Assembly: GCF_964194025.1 (NCBI RefSeq)
Contig: NC_134478.1
Coordinates: 52,886,001 to 52,950,000 of the forward strand
Direction: 5' to 3'
DNA: 64,000 bases
Origin: Convolutriloba macropyga
Lineage: Eukaryota
Shown piece after piece: positions 36,900-48,059 of this stretch (position 1 is the first letter of the stretch; each line of letters begins with the position of its first letter). The notes below the pieces were generated by a model that ran no database searches, was not told where the DNA came from, and saw only the letters and a list, made by a program, of their open reading frames with translations. The position numbers and the translations under genes were made by a program.

Positions 36900-38825
36900 A
36901 TAGCTGTGGTATCATTGGTTATTCTAGGCGAATAAAGAATGCACACAAAGATGGATTAAGCATAGATCTAATTTGCCCCACTGGATCACGCCTGCGACAT
37001 CACATCTAGTGAAAAAAAACTGAACACACTTCAAACAAAACAGGGTTCGCTTGCCAACAATGGCTCACTGGGTATCAGGAGAAACTTCAAGATACAGTTT
37101 AACAGAAGCCGTAGAACTACACCAAAAAACTACGAATCAAAGTTTCACAACTGACGGAATCTCAAGCCACGTACTAGTATTTTGAAAGCGCACGGAAAGA
37201 ACCCCAATTCCGCTTCAAGTTAAATGGAACAAAGACGTAGCAAACTGTGATGCTGAAAAAGCAAAAAGTATTGCTTTTTAATGAACATTTTTGCTCAGTT
37301 TTCATCGTGTCATCGGTTTTCAATAACACTTTGAATGAAAATAAATTTTGAACAATATTACTGAAACGAAAGAATCAGCAGTTGAAATTTTCTGGTCTTT
37401 GAACGTATCAAATTCATAAGGGCCTGATAACATGCCTGCGTTTGTCCCCAGGAATAGGGCAGAAGAACATACGAGATCCATCTTTGAGTTATTCAAATCT
37501 TTTAGGCAACTCGGAACCTATCCTAGTGCATGGAAAATAAAAGCCGTTAGCCCAATTTTCACAAAAAAAGATCGAAAGCAGTTGTGTTAAAAAATTGTAC
37601 TGTAATACTATTATGCATTGTCACGATCTAGAATATATTGGTATGGCTCAATTGTCAATTTTCTCAAAATTCACAGTACGGTTTCTGTGAAATCAGTTAT
37701 TCTTCAAATGATTACCCACTTAGACAAAGCAGACAAATTCATTGCTGAGAAAATAGATCAATTTTCTTTGACTTTTCCAAAATTTTGAGCGAAATGATCA
37801 TACAACACTCTTACTTAAGTTCAATTGCATTGGGATAGACGAAAAACTGTTCTAGATTTTAAAAAGTTTTCTGAGTCTTTCTCATCTCGAGTGCACTCCA
37901 GGGCACAATAGTCGGTCCCTTATTTTTTCCTATTTTCCTTAATGACTTAATTGACACTGTTTTCAACTCCAAATTCTTTTTCTTTGCTGACGATCTCAAA
38001 TTATTTTTTAGTGAAAATCCTAGAAACACACACGGAATCAAACAAGATCTAGATTCAAAATTGCATTGTATTTACGAAAATAATACAAGCGTCAATTTAC
38101 GGAAATACCAGTACATGCAATTTAATATCAAGTCGAGATTAAGTCCAGTGTTGGTATCTTGGAATCACTATCAATGAAAGTCTCACTTGGAAGGATCATG
38201 TAGAATTGCGATCTCATAAAGCCAATAAATTCTTTCACCAACTTAAAAGCAACACATCATATCTCCTGACAGTTACTACAAAACTGATTCTATATAAAGT
38301 ATTCGTATTCCTATCCTAATCGATGGATCTAATTGCTATATGGCTTCACAGTCTGACCTGGGACTCTTAGAAAAATCTCAAGAAAAGGTTTCGAATTGGA
38401 TCCTACGGAGCGCTTATTTTTTGGATCTACAAAGATCCCTGTACTTATTTCCCCTCAACCATTTTCTTGCTTTAACAGATCTTCTCTTGCTATCAAGAAT
38501 GGTGAACAATAATTATTAGTTCAACTTCAGCGAGCATGTTAATGTTGTGCAAAGAGGGTCGAATTCTATTTTTTTTTGTGTTGCTTGAAATCAAATGCAA
38601 ATTTCAACAATAGAATTCTTCCTTCAAAACTTATTCAAAGCAATAAACATAGATTTGAATGCTGAATACTTTCTACAATTTGGGATTCAAAGACCAAAAT
38701 TTAAACTTGATTTGGAAGTATTTCTGTATTTTTTTCAGAGAGGAAAATTTGTGTTCCATAACATCTATCTGTCTCTGCGAAAAATTTCGGTCCTCAAATT
38801 CAATAAAAATAACAAACTTAAACTA
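36900..38825 (+). mobile_element. Decayed CR1/L2-group LINE
   Basis: GPDNMP, YPSAWK..VSPIF, QGTIVGPLFFPIFLNDL and FFADDLKL (about 37900-38000). Confidence 0.8.
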
Positions 38826-39431
38826 GTATGATTCATAATAATATTAACAATACCAATAGAAACGATAATATTTATTATTANNNNNNNNNNNNNNNNNNNN
38901 NNNNNNNNNNNNNNNNNNNNNNNNNNNNNNNNNNNNNNNNNNNNNNNNNNNNNNNNNNNNNNNNNNNNNNNNNNNNNNNNNNNNNNNNNNNNNNNNNNNN
39001 NNNNNNNNNNNNNNNNNNNNNNNNNNNNNNNNNNNNNNNNNNNNNNNNNNNNNNNNNNNNNNNNNNNNNNNNNNNNNNNNNTAATATTAAAACTAATAAA
39101 AAAAATAATAAAAATANNNNNNNNNNNNNNNNNNNNNNNNNNNNNNNNNNNNNNNNNNNNNNNNNNNNNNNNNNNNNNNNNNNNNNNNNNNNNNNNNNNN
39201 NNNNNNNNNNNNNNNNNNNNNNNNNNNNNNNNNNNNNNNNNNNNNNNNNNNNNNNAATAATATTAAAACTNNNNNNNNNNNNNNNNNNNNNNNNNNNNNN
39301 NNNNNNNNNNNNNNNNNNNNNNNNNNNNNNNNNNNNNNNNNNNNNNNNNNNNNNNNNNNNNNNNNNNNNNNNNNNNNNNNNNNNNNNNNNNNNNNNNNNN
39401 NNNNNNNNNNNNNNNNNNNNNNNNNNNNNNN

Positions 39432-39600
39432 TTTCGGACAGTGAAGGCTATGTGCAACAGTGAAATTTTTAATGCAGGCGCAAAATGATTGCATTTTTAC
39501 TGAGTACTTACCATAGTGAAGCAATGACAACACGAAACTCGCTTTTTGTTAGGTCAAAGTGATATCGCTTCAAGGGCAGAGCCTTCAGCCAGCCTCCAAA
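39432..39600 (-). mobile_element. Short CRE-like fragment (zinc knuckle region)
   Basis: GWLKALPLKRYHFDLTKSEFR and CACIKNFTVAHSLHCPK. Confidence 0.6.
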
Positions 39601-42600
39601 CAAGCGAAAGATGGTCGTTTTAATACAATTTGCTCTCAATCATTGTCTTTTTTGATTTGATATCAATCTCTTTTATTTAGGATTTATTGTTGCTTCAGTT
39701 CGGATTGGGGCAGACATTGTAATAAAGGAAATAAAAGTTGAATTGATGGTTTGTATTTTTTAAAACGTCAATTAGTGTTTACCCCTTTGTCACCAGTCAA
39801 AAGGTGAAACGTTGAAACCAACAACAAAGAAGCCTTAAATGACGTAGATATTGTTTCTTTTTAGAAGGGTCTACTCCACATCTGATTTATCTACTATCCC
39901 TTTTGAAAGGAGAAGATAATTATAATCTCATTAACGCACAAAATTACACTGCGTTAAAAACTGTCACTTTCCTTGAAATCAACTACAACCAAGAAACCAA
40001 ATGCATATGGCGATTTCTATGAAAATGCGGAACTCTAATCTCATTAGTAAAAACAAACAAACAAAAACTGGACAAGCAAACTAGTTGGAAACCCTTGGAG
40101 ATTTTCTAAACACTTCTCTACTACAACTTCTACTACTGTAACTAAGTACTACATCTAAGTGCCAGCAGAGAAGGCTATCGAAATGTCTTCTAATCTACCG
40201 ATGAAGTCACGCAGATGGAGATATTAGATGGATATCCTATTGGAACACGTGTTCATTTTAAATATAATGATAAGCGGCATACGGACTTGTACCTGTCTCG
40301 ATCACTGGTCAAAACTTGTTGAAAGCTAGATCTGAACCGCTGAAGCTGTCCCCTGATATTGCATAGAAGGTGTTTATATCAAAAGTTTCAATTTATGACA
40401 GTTATTATTTGGGAATAGATGAAATGTTCTGCTAAGAAGTGAAAAACCCAAAAAATACTAACTTTACCTCTCAAAGATCCCAAAATTGATGTTGTGGGTT
40501 GTTTGCCTCCGAGAGCGCAGGCATATCTAATGGTGCTATTGTGGTCGGCCAGTTTCGACCTCCATTTCATTTTCTCTTATAACTTTTTTATCATTTCTTC
40601 AAACCCCTGTTTAGGCAGGACAAACATCTGAACTCCACTCGGGAACCCAACGAGGCTATAAAATCCTTCTCTAATTAACATTTTTTTCACTCAACTACCC
40701 TAGATGGCGGGTTTTGTCATTAAATTTTTAAAATTTGTGCCCCAGTTATGGTTTGTTAATCAAAGTTCAGATACCATGTGATGCTTGAAGTCCTCAATGA
40801 ATACAGTAGCAGAATCGAGAGACTGGAATCCAGTCGTTTACTTAGATGAATACAACACTTCAGAATTGAGAGAAAAACATGTTGAAAACTATTACATTAA
40901 CACAAAATAATCTCAAAATCAGGGAGTTTTCACTTCTTTTAGTTATTTTTGTTGTTAAAAAATCTGTATTTTTGTTGTTCACATTATTACTGCTATGGAT
41001 AAAATGAAAATCTATCTAAAAATATCAATGTTAACATATCATTGTATACTTAGCATATGTTTAAGCTTATAACTAAAAAATGTATGATGAAATTAAATAT
41101 ATCTAGGTAGTAATCTATTATTTCAAGTTTTATATAATTAACCAATTCTTGACCAATAAATTAACCAACCTAAAGCATATACTTGAGCATATTCCTAGCT
41201 ATTTACTCAAGCACTAATTTAAGAATTCGTAAAATGTTCGTAAAAATTATCCAAACCTTTATATCTAATTTGTATAATAGATTAGGACAATAACAACAAT
41301 TACTGCTTGGTTTACAACAAGTAGATCAATTTGATGATACATAAGGATGTTATGTTGTAATTTGAATAGCTAATCCCCTTCCACTAACCTATGTAGTAAA
41401 ATATGATTTTTTTATGTTTCCGACCGACATTTCTTACATGAGTTTTATTAACATCGAAATGTGATTTATACCCATTAATGAAACGTTTATTAAAACGTCT
41501 ATTGTATTCAGCGCAGTTGCTCCGGTAACCGGTGGTGTTATCAGCAAACGGAATTTGACCGTGATACACCATGCTGCTATTCAGTTTGTTTCCGAAACTG
41601 TTGTTATCAGCGATGCTAGACTGGCAAGATATAATCGAAAGTGATATTACTATTGGAATTATTATCAAAAAATCTGCCTATTTGCAGATCGGTAGTGTTA
41701 TTGCTAGTGTCATTCTAACGTTATTGCTATTGTCATGGCTATTACCTAGGTTATCCTTATTTTTAGTGTTATTCTTATGGTTATTAGATGTTATGATTAT
41801 TGCTATTGTTGTTTCATTACTAGTGTTACTTTCTGCTATGGTTAAGGGTTGTTATTACGTGTTATCGGCGAAGCTGTTTGCAGATTGTTTGTGTTATTTT
41901 GGTGCCATCAGCAAAGCTGCATCGCAGTTTATGAGTTATTTTTGTTCACAATTACAACCAACTTTAACAAAGACACCACCAAATAAATTATAGCCACATC
42001 ATAAGCTGGTCATTTCATCCTTATAATTGTTATTACAACGTTTTTCTAGATAAAAAGTTGCAGTATTTTTTTCACAGTCAAAACAGTTGATTTGTATCTA
42101 CCTAAAACTTTTTTTATATTATCAATATGATTTTTTGATTTAGGTAATTCAATAATAGTGTTTTTTCTCCAAGTATAAACAACAATATAATTAATTTTAT
42201 TACCTATTATAATTTTATTTTGTTTAATACATAATTAAAACAATTTTTTATTAAAATGTTTACTATTGTATAAAAATCACGCACAGATTTACTTCATACT
42301 TTGTTTAAACATCTAAATTTCTCATTAATATACCTTTCTTTTTTTGCTACATGACTAGCTAATCTAGCTGTATTATCTGAATAGAGATAATTATATATTT
42401 TTAATAACCTATCAATAATATCACCACTATATAGAAACCATGTTAACCACTTTCAATCAACCACTTTCAATCAACTCTTTTGTAGAACACCATTTTGAAT
42501 CTTAATAGCCTTAAACTCTAAATATCTAATAAAACAGAACATATAGTTATTTTAATCAATATTTTTTATCAACATCATCTATGATTCTTAGTTTAGATTA

Positions 42601-42639
42601 TAAAAAATTTCTTCTACCTCATCTGATATTAATATCTTC

Positions 42640-43610
42640 TATATCTAAAACTCCTAGATTAGAATCATATATTAAAAGGCTTCATCAATAAAAACAAACG
42701 AATTGTCTTTTCATTAATTATTTAATAATACCATATTCATACTCGTTATATATCTTGAAGAACTTATCTTTAAATTTATTTAAGTTTCATTGATGTTTTT
42801 GAGGAATGCTTGCTTAATATGAGTTTTGATGTAGATATATTTGTATCAAATATAGATAAATTATCTAAATGTGCTGGTTTATGACACATTATTATCATTT
42901 GTTCATTGTAATGTCGAGTAGTTGTAAAAGATTCACTTACATTTCTTGTTAATTTGTCATCCACATACATCATCGAGTACTATTACATAATTACTGAAAT
43001 CAGGTACATATTTTTTAGTGATATCCTAATTATCACACGCATTTAAACCTTAAAAAACTGATGATTTGGCTGTAAAAACAACAATTATAATGTGTTTGTG
43101 TTCTTTTTGTGTACAATTATTTTTGTCTACAAATATTTTACTTTTGTGTACAATTATCTTTGTGTTAATGTTATTGTTAGTGTCAGTCTTGTTTTTATTG
43201 TTATTGCTATTGTTTTTGTTGGTGTTTTTGCCATTGTTAGGGTTACAGTTAATTTTATTATTAGCATTTTTGATTTTTTTAGCTTTATTGTTATTGTTTG
43301 CATTACTGATAATGTTGTTGTTATAAATATCGTTGGTGTTACCGGCATTGTAAATGTTTTTGTTATAACCATCCTTGTTAGTAGTTATAACATCCTAGTT
43401 AGTATCCTTGAGAAAATTATTTCCAAATTCGCAAATTCGTCATTGGTTTTTTGTTTTTTTTTTACATTTTTTATGTGTTTTTGCCAGTTTCAAAAACAGG
43501 AGCATGTAGTGGTGATTCTTTATATTTAATTTCAATTGTGTCTTTCTCTTCAAATCCATTAAATCTTTCATCTAATTTTTTATGTCTACTTTTTATTTTA
43601 GTATTAAGGA
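42640..43610 (-). pseudogene. A32/FtsK-HerA-type viral packaging ATPase (decayed)
   Basis: Degenerate Walker A region (PLHAPVFETGKNT, about 43480-43520), Walker B NYVIVLDD (about 42970-42993), and arginine-finger motif FTTTRHYNEQMIIMCHKP. Confidence 0.65.
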
Positions 43611-44888
43611 CAAACTTCATCAGTGAATTCAAAGATCTTACAGTTAATTTTGTATCTATAAAACTGTATTATTTGTAGTAAATAAGATATTAAATTCAGG
43701 CTTAGAGTTATATTGCAATAAAGAAAACAGATAGTTTTATATGTTTATTACCAGTTGAAAATGTAATGAGAGACAAAATGCCAAAAACTATCTAAGAAAG
43801 TGATTATACAGTTACTGTTAACTTATATCCGTGTGATTGTACACTTTTGATATTAGTTATAAAAAGATAAGGTGATGATGTTTAATACTTTGCCAGTTTT
43901 GGTGTACTTAAATAGTAAGTTAGCCTAGGTTCAAATCTGCGTCGCAGCAACAACGTTGACCAGAGAATGCAACAATTTCGTGAATATTATGGCGGTGCTA
44001 ATTGTCTAAATATGATGTATCCTATTGATCATGGATAGAGGTTTAAGATTGCACTACGAATTCTAATTTCCATGTAAATTTGTTGAATAGTATGATAGAA
44101 TCAATAGTATTGGTAATGATATGCAAACTAGCAATAGTAGTAGTATAAAGATTATTGAAAGTAGTAGTATCAATAATGTTAGAAAAATAATACCAGAAAA
44201 AAATGTTAAATATCAATACCTAGTGAATGTATGACTTATATAAAGAAGATTTTGATCAGAGTTCCATAGTTTACATATAATTTGTCCTGCAGGTGACTAA
44301 TATGAAGATGTAGAAAAATTGTTGAAGAAGTAGCTGTTGAGTTTATTAAAGATACAGAAGAGTAACCTTCGCCTGACAAACAAGCTGATAAGCTAAAAAC
44401 ATTTCTTTCTTAAATTTTTCCTATGTACGATCTAAGGAACCAGATAATAATGAATTTTTCTGTAGGTGTATAGACAATAAACGGTAAATCTTAATCGAAA
44501 TCTTTTTCCATTAGGAAGACAAAATGTTAGAGAGAACTGTAATCTGTTTATATTGTCTGAACAGAAAAGTGTGATTTCTGTGTATAATTTGCCTTCTACT
44601 AGGTGCAATATNNNNNNNNNNNNNNNNNNNNNNNNNNNNNNNNNNNNNNNNNNNNNNNNNNNNNNNNNNNNNNNNNNNNNNNNNNNNNNNNNNNNNNNNN
44701 NNNNNNNNNNNNNNNNNNNNNNNNNNNNNNNNNNNNNNNNNNNNNNNNNNNNNNNTGAGGACCTTAAGATTATATCCTTACAAACCTGTCTAAAGATAGG
44801 CATAGAAAATTGTAATTTAAGAAGTAATTGGGATTAGAAGATTGAGTTAATTGAGTGATTAATTTTATAAAAGATATTGCAAATGATA

Positions 44889-45380
44889 TTATGATAAGTG
44901 TGAATTAAAACTTATTTCATTACCATTACAATCAGTTGTTCTTCCATATTCCTCCATATCATTAAATTCATTGTACTTCATTCTTTCATTTGTTACATTA
45001 TGGCCTAAAACTTGTGCTGTTGCAAAAGTTATCAACTAACACAGTGGCTCAGTTACACTGAATGTATCTAAAAATATCACTATTTTTTACCAATATCTTT
45101 AATACCAGATATAATGATAAAGTATATCTTTTTCGCAATAGTACTCATTTTATCAACATCTTATCAGCTTTTTATTTACCTGTTGAAAAATTTTACTTCC
45201 CAGTCCCTGTAATGATGCGTTTGAATTATGGAAATCAAAACTAGCAGAGCCATCAATATTCATCCCTCACTTCGTTGTATTCTTATCAGATTCAATTATA
45301 ACATTACTATCGTTTTCTTCTTTTATTATATCTGCAGTATCAGACAATTCATGTGAGTAGTAAGCAACCAGTACACCCTA
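44889..45380 (-). pseudogene. Polinton-like minor capsid (penton) protein, copy 1 (decayed)
   Basis: HELSDTADIIKEENDSNVIIESDKNT ... IISGIKDIG ... VTNERMKYNEFNDMEEYGRTTDCNGNEISF resembles the Polinton mCP pattern (Y.l..I......N.i.i..n.NT ... D..GR.IDFNG..isf.lhl). Confidence 0.6.
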
Positions 45381-46281
45381 TATCACTTTTTGGCTGATTT
45401 TGCCCAGTCATGCAAGCGGATGGAAAGTTCTTGGCAATTATTCCTTTTATGTTAGGATTGTTTCTTGATTTTGTAATAGACTTACTTGAAATCCATTTTG
45501 AAGCACACAGGTTAAATTCTTTCGTTTATAAGGAGTATTTACACAAACTTGTATACTGTAGAGAAACGTGTATGTACGCACAGTCTGGGAACAAATAACT
45601 AAGATGTATCTTGCATTGGAGGGTGGAGGTGTTGTAGAGCGGAAATTCTATGAGGGATAATAGGGTATAGCTTTTGCAAGGGGATAACAGGTTGAAAGGG
45701 TTACATGAATAATGTTACTTGGTGAGTTCTGGAAACTGAAAATTACATTCCATCCATTGCATGCAGATAATAGGGTAAAGGTCTGCCAAACGGATAATGG
45801 AAGTGATTAACTTCAAGCCGGTAAACGAACGAAGGTCTGAATCAGNNNNNNNNNNNNNNNNNNNNNNNNNNNNNNNNNNNNNNNNNNNNNNNNNNNNNNN
45901 NNNNNNNNNNNNNNNNNNNNNNNNNNNNNNNNNNNNNNNNNNNNNNNNNNNNNNNNNNNNNNNNNNNNNNNNNNNNNNNNNNNNNNNNNNNNNNNNNNNN
46001 NNNNNNNNNNNNNNNNNNNNNNNNNNNNNNNNNNNNNNNNNNNNNNNNNNNNNNNNNNNNNNNNNNNNNNNNNNNNNNNNNNNNNNNNNNNNNNNNNNNN
46101 NNNNNNNNNNNNNNNNNNNNNNNNNNNNNNNNNNNNNNNNNNNNNNNNNNNNNNNCTTAAAAATATATCTCCATAAACCTGTCTAAACATAGGCATAGAA
46201 AATTGAAAATTAAGAGTTGATTGGGATTAGAAGATTGAGTTAATTGAGTGATTAGTTTTATAAAAGATATTACAAATGGTA

Positions 46282-46770
46282 TTATGATAAGTATAATTTA
46301 AAACTTAATACATAACCATTAAAATCAGTTACACTTCCATGTTCTTCCATAACACTAATTTCATTGTACTGCATTCCTTTTGTTACATTATGATCTAAAA
46401 GTTGTGTTGTTGCAAAAGTTATCAATTAACACAATGCCTCGGTTACACTGCATGTATCTAAAAATACCACTACTTTTACCAATATTTTTAATACCATATA
46501 TAATGATTAAGTGTGTCTTATTTGTAATAGTACTCATTTTATTAACAATTTTATCAGCTTTTTATTTACCTGTTGAACTATTTTATTTCCCAATCCCTGT
46601 AATGATGCTTTTGTATAGTCGAAATCAAAACTAGCAGAGCCATCAATATCCATCCTTCATTTCTTCGTTTTCTTTCAAGATTCAATTATAACACTACCAT
46701 CACTTTCTTCTTTTATTCTATCTGCAGTATCAGACAATTCATAGGAGTAGTAAGAAACCAGTACACCTTA
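46282..46770 (-). pseudogene. Polinton-like minor capsid (penton) protein, copy 2 (decayed)
   Basis: Paralogous to 44889-45380 within a roughly 1.4-kb tandem duplication (44757-45845 and 46156-47245). Confidence 0.6.
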
Positions 46771-48059
46771 TATCATTTTTTGGCTCATTTTAACCAAACA
46801 TGTCCAATCATGCGAGCGGATGGAAAGTTCTTGGCAATTATTCCCTGAATGTTTGGATTGTTGCTTGAATATGCAATAGAGTTACCTGAACTCCATTTTG
46901 CAGCACACAGGTTTATTTCTTTCGTTCATAAGGAGTATTTACACAAACTTGTATACTGCAGAGAAACGTGTATGTACGCACAGTCTGGGAACAAATAACT
47001 AAGGGGTATCATGCATTGGAGGGGTTATAGAGCGGAAATTCCATGGGGAATAATAGTGTGTAGCTTTTGCACGGGGATAACTGGTTGAAACGGTTACATG
47101 TAGAGACGTTACTTGGTAAGTTCTTGAAACTGAAAATTACATTCCATTCAATGCATTAGATAATAGGGTAAATTTTGCCATATGGATAAAGGGTTTAGAG
47201 GTAAGTATCTTCATGAAGGTTAAAGAACGAGGATCTGACTCAGGATAGAAGACATCAGAATTGCATGTGAATAGATGGGTAATCAAAGTTTTGCCATATG
47301 GATAACCGGATATAGGTTTCCAAATCTGCAAACGTGTAATAAGGTGAACATTTGAATGGTGTTAATAGGGTAATACGTTTCATGATATTTATTGGGTATA
47401 AATCTGCAATGTGATAGTGAGAGATAGGTTTAATTTCCTGCAAGATAGAGTAAAGATTTGAAAAAAATATATTTGAAATCAGATTTGCATGGTGGTAATA
47501 GGATATAGAATTGTTATGGTTAGAATGTGGTATAGCTTGGAATATCTGCAAAGAATGTTTTTAATATCAGCAAGAGCGTAATAGGGAGAAGAATAAAATC
47601 AGGATTGTATTGTTTGGTAGTGCATGAAGACAAAAGGTGAACAGGTTGCAAAATCTGCACACGAGAAAAAAATGTGAAGATCTGAATCAAGATAATAGCT
47701 TGTACTATCAGATGTTAATTATAGAAAAAAATTTTGCCATGTGGTTAGTGGCGTATAGATTGAAATTTATGCAAACGGGAAAACAGTGTGAAGATTTGAA
47801 TCAAGACACAAGGCAACAATACTGAGTGGGGATAAAAATTAAGTTTTATCATTATATTGGCGTATAGATTTCAAGTAAGATTATCTGCCATCATTTAATG
47901 TAAGTGACCATTGGAATTGCTATGGTAGAGTAAAGTTTTGCATGGAGGGAAGTAGTTTTGCACTTAGAATAATACAATAGTGCCAAAACTTCAGACACTG
48001 GTGAACACCGATGCAAAACTGTTTTAAATTGCAAAACTGTTTCTAGTTTTGGTAATATG

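Larger units (their letters stand above)
41000..46780 (-). mobile_element. Relic of Polinton/Maverick- or adintovirus-like endogenous DNA virus
   Basis: Very AT-rich block containing decayed packaging ATPase and minor capsid-like genes plus other broken ORFs. No TIRs, pPolB, integrase or major capsid gene recognised. Confidence 0.55.

Noticed and set aside
38828-39533. ORFs spanning N-runs (also 44432-44837, 45797-46196, 53351-53700)
   Set aside because: Artefacts of assembly gaps or masking.
43066-43529. Hydrophobic plus-strand ORFs (also 41571-41993) as membrane proteins
   Set aside because: They are antisense shadows of Asn/Lys-rich low-complexity tracts on the minus strand.
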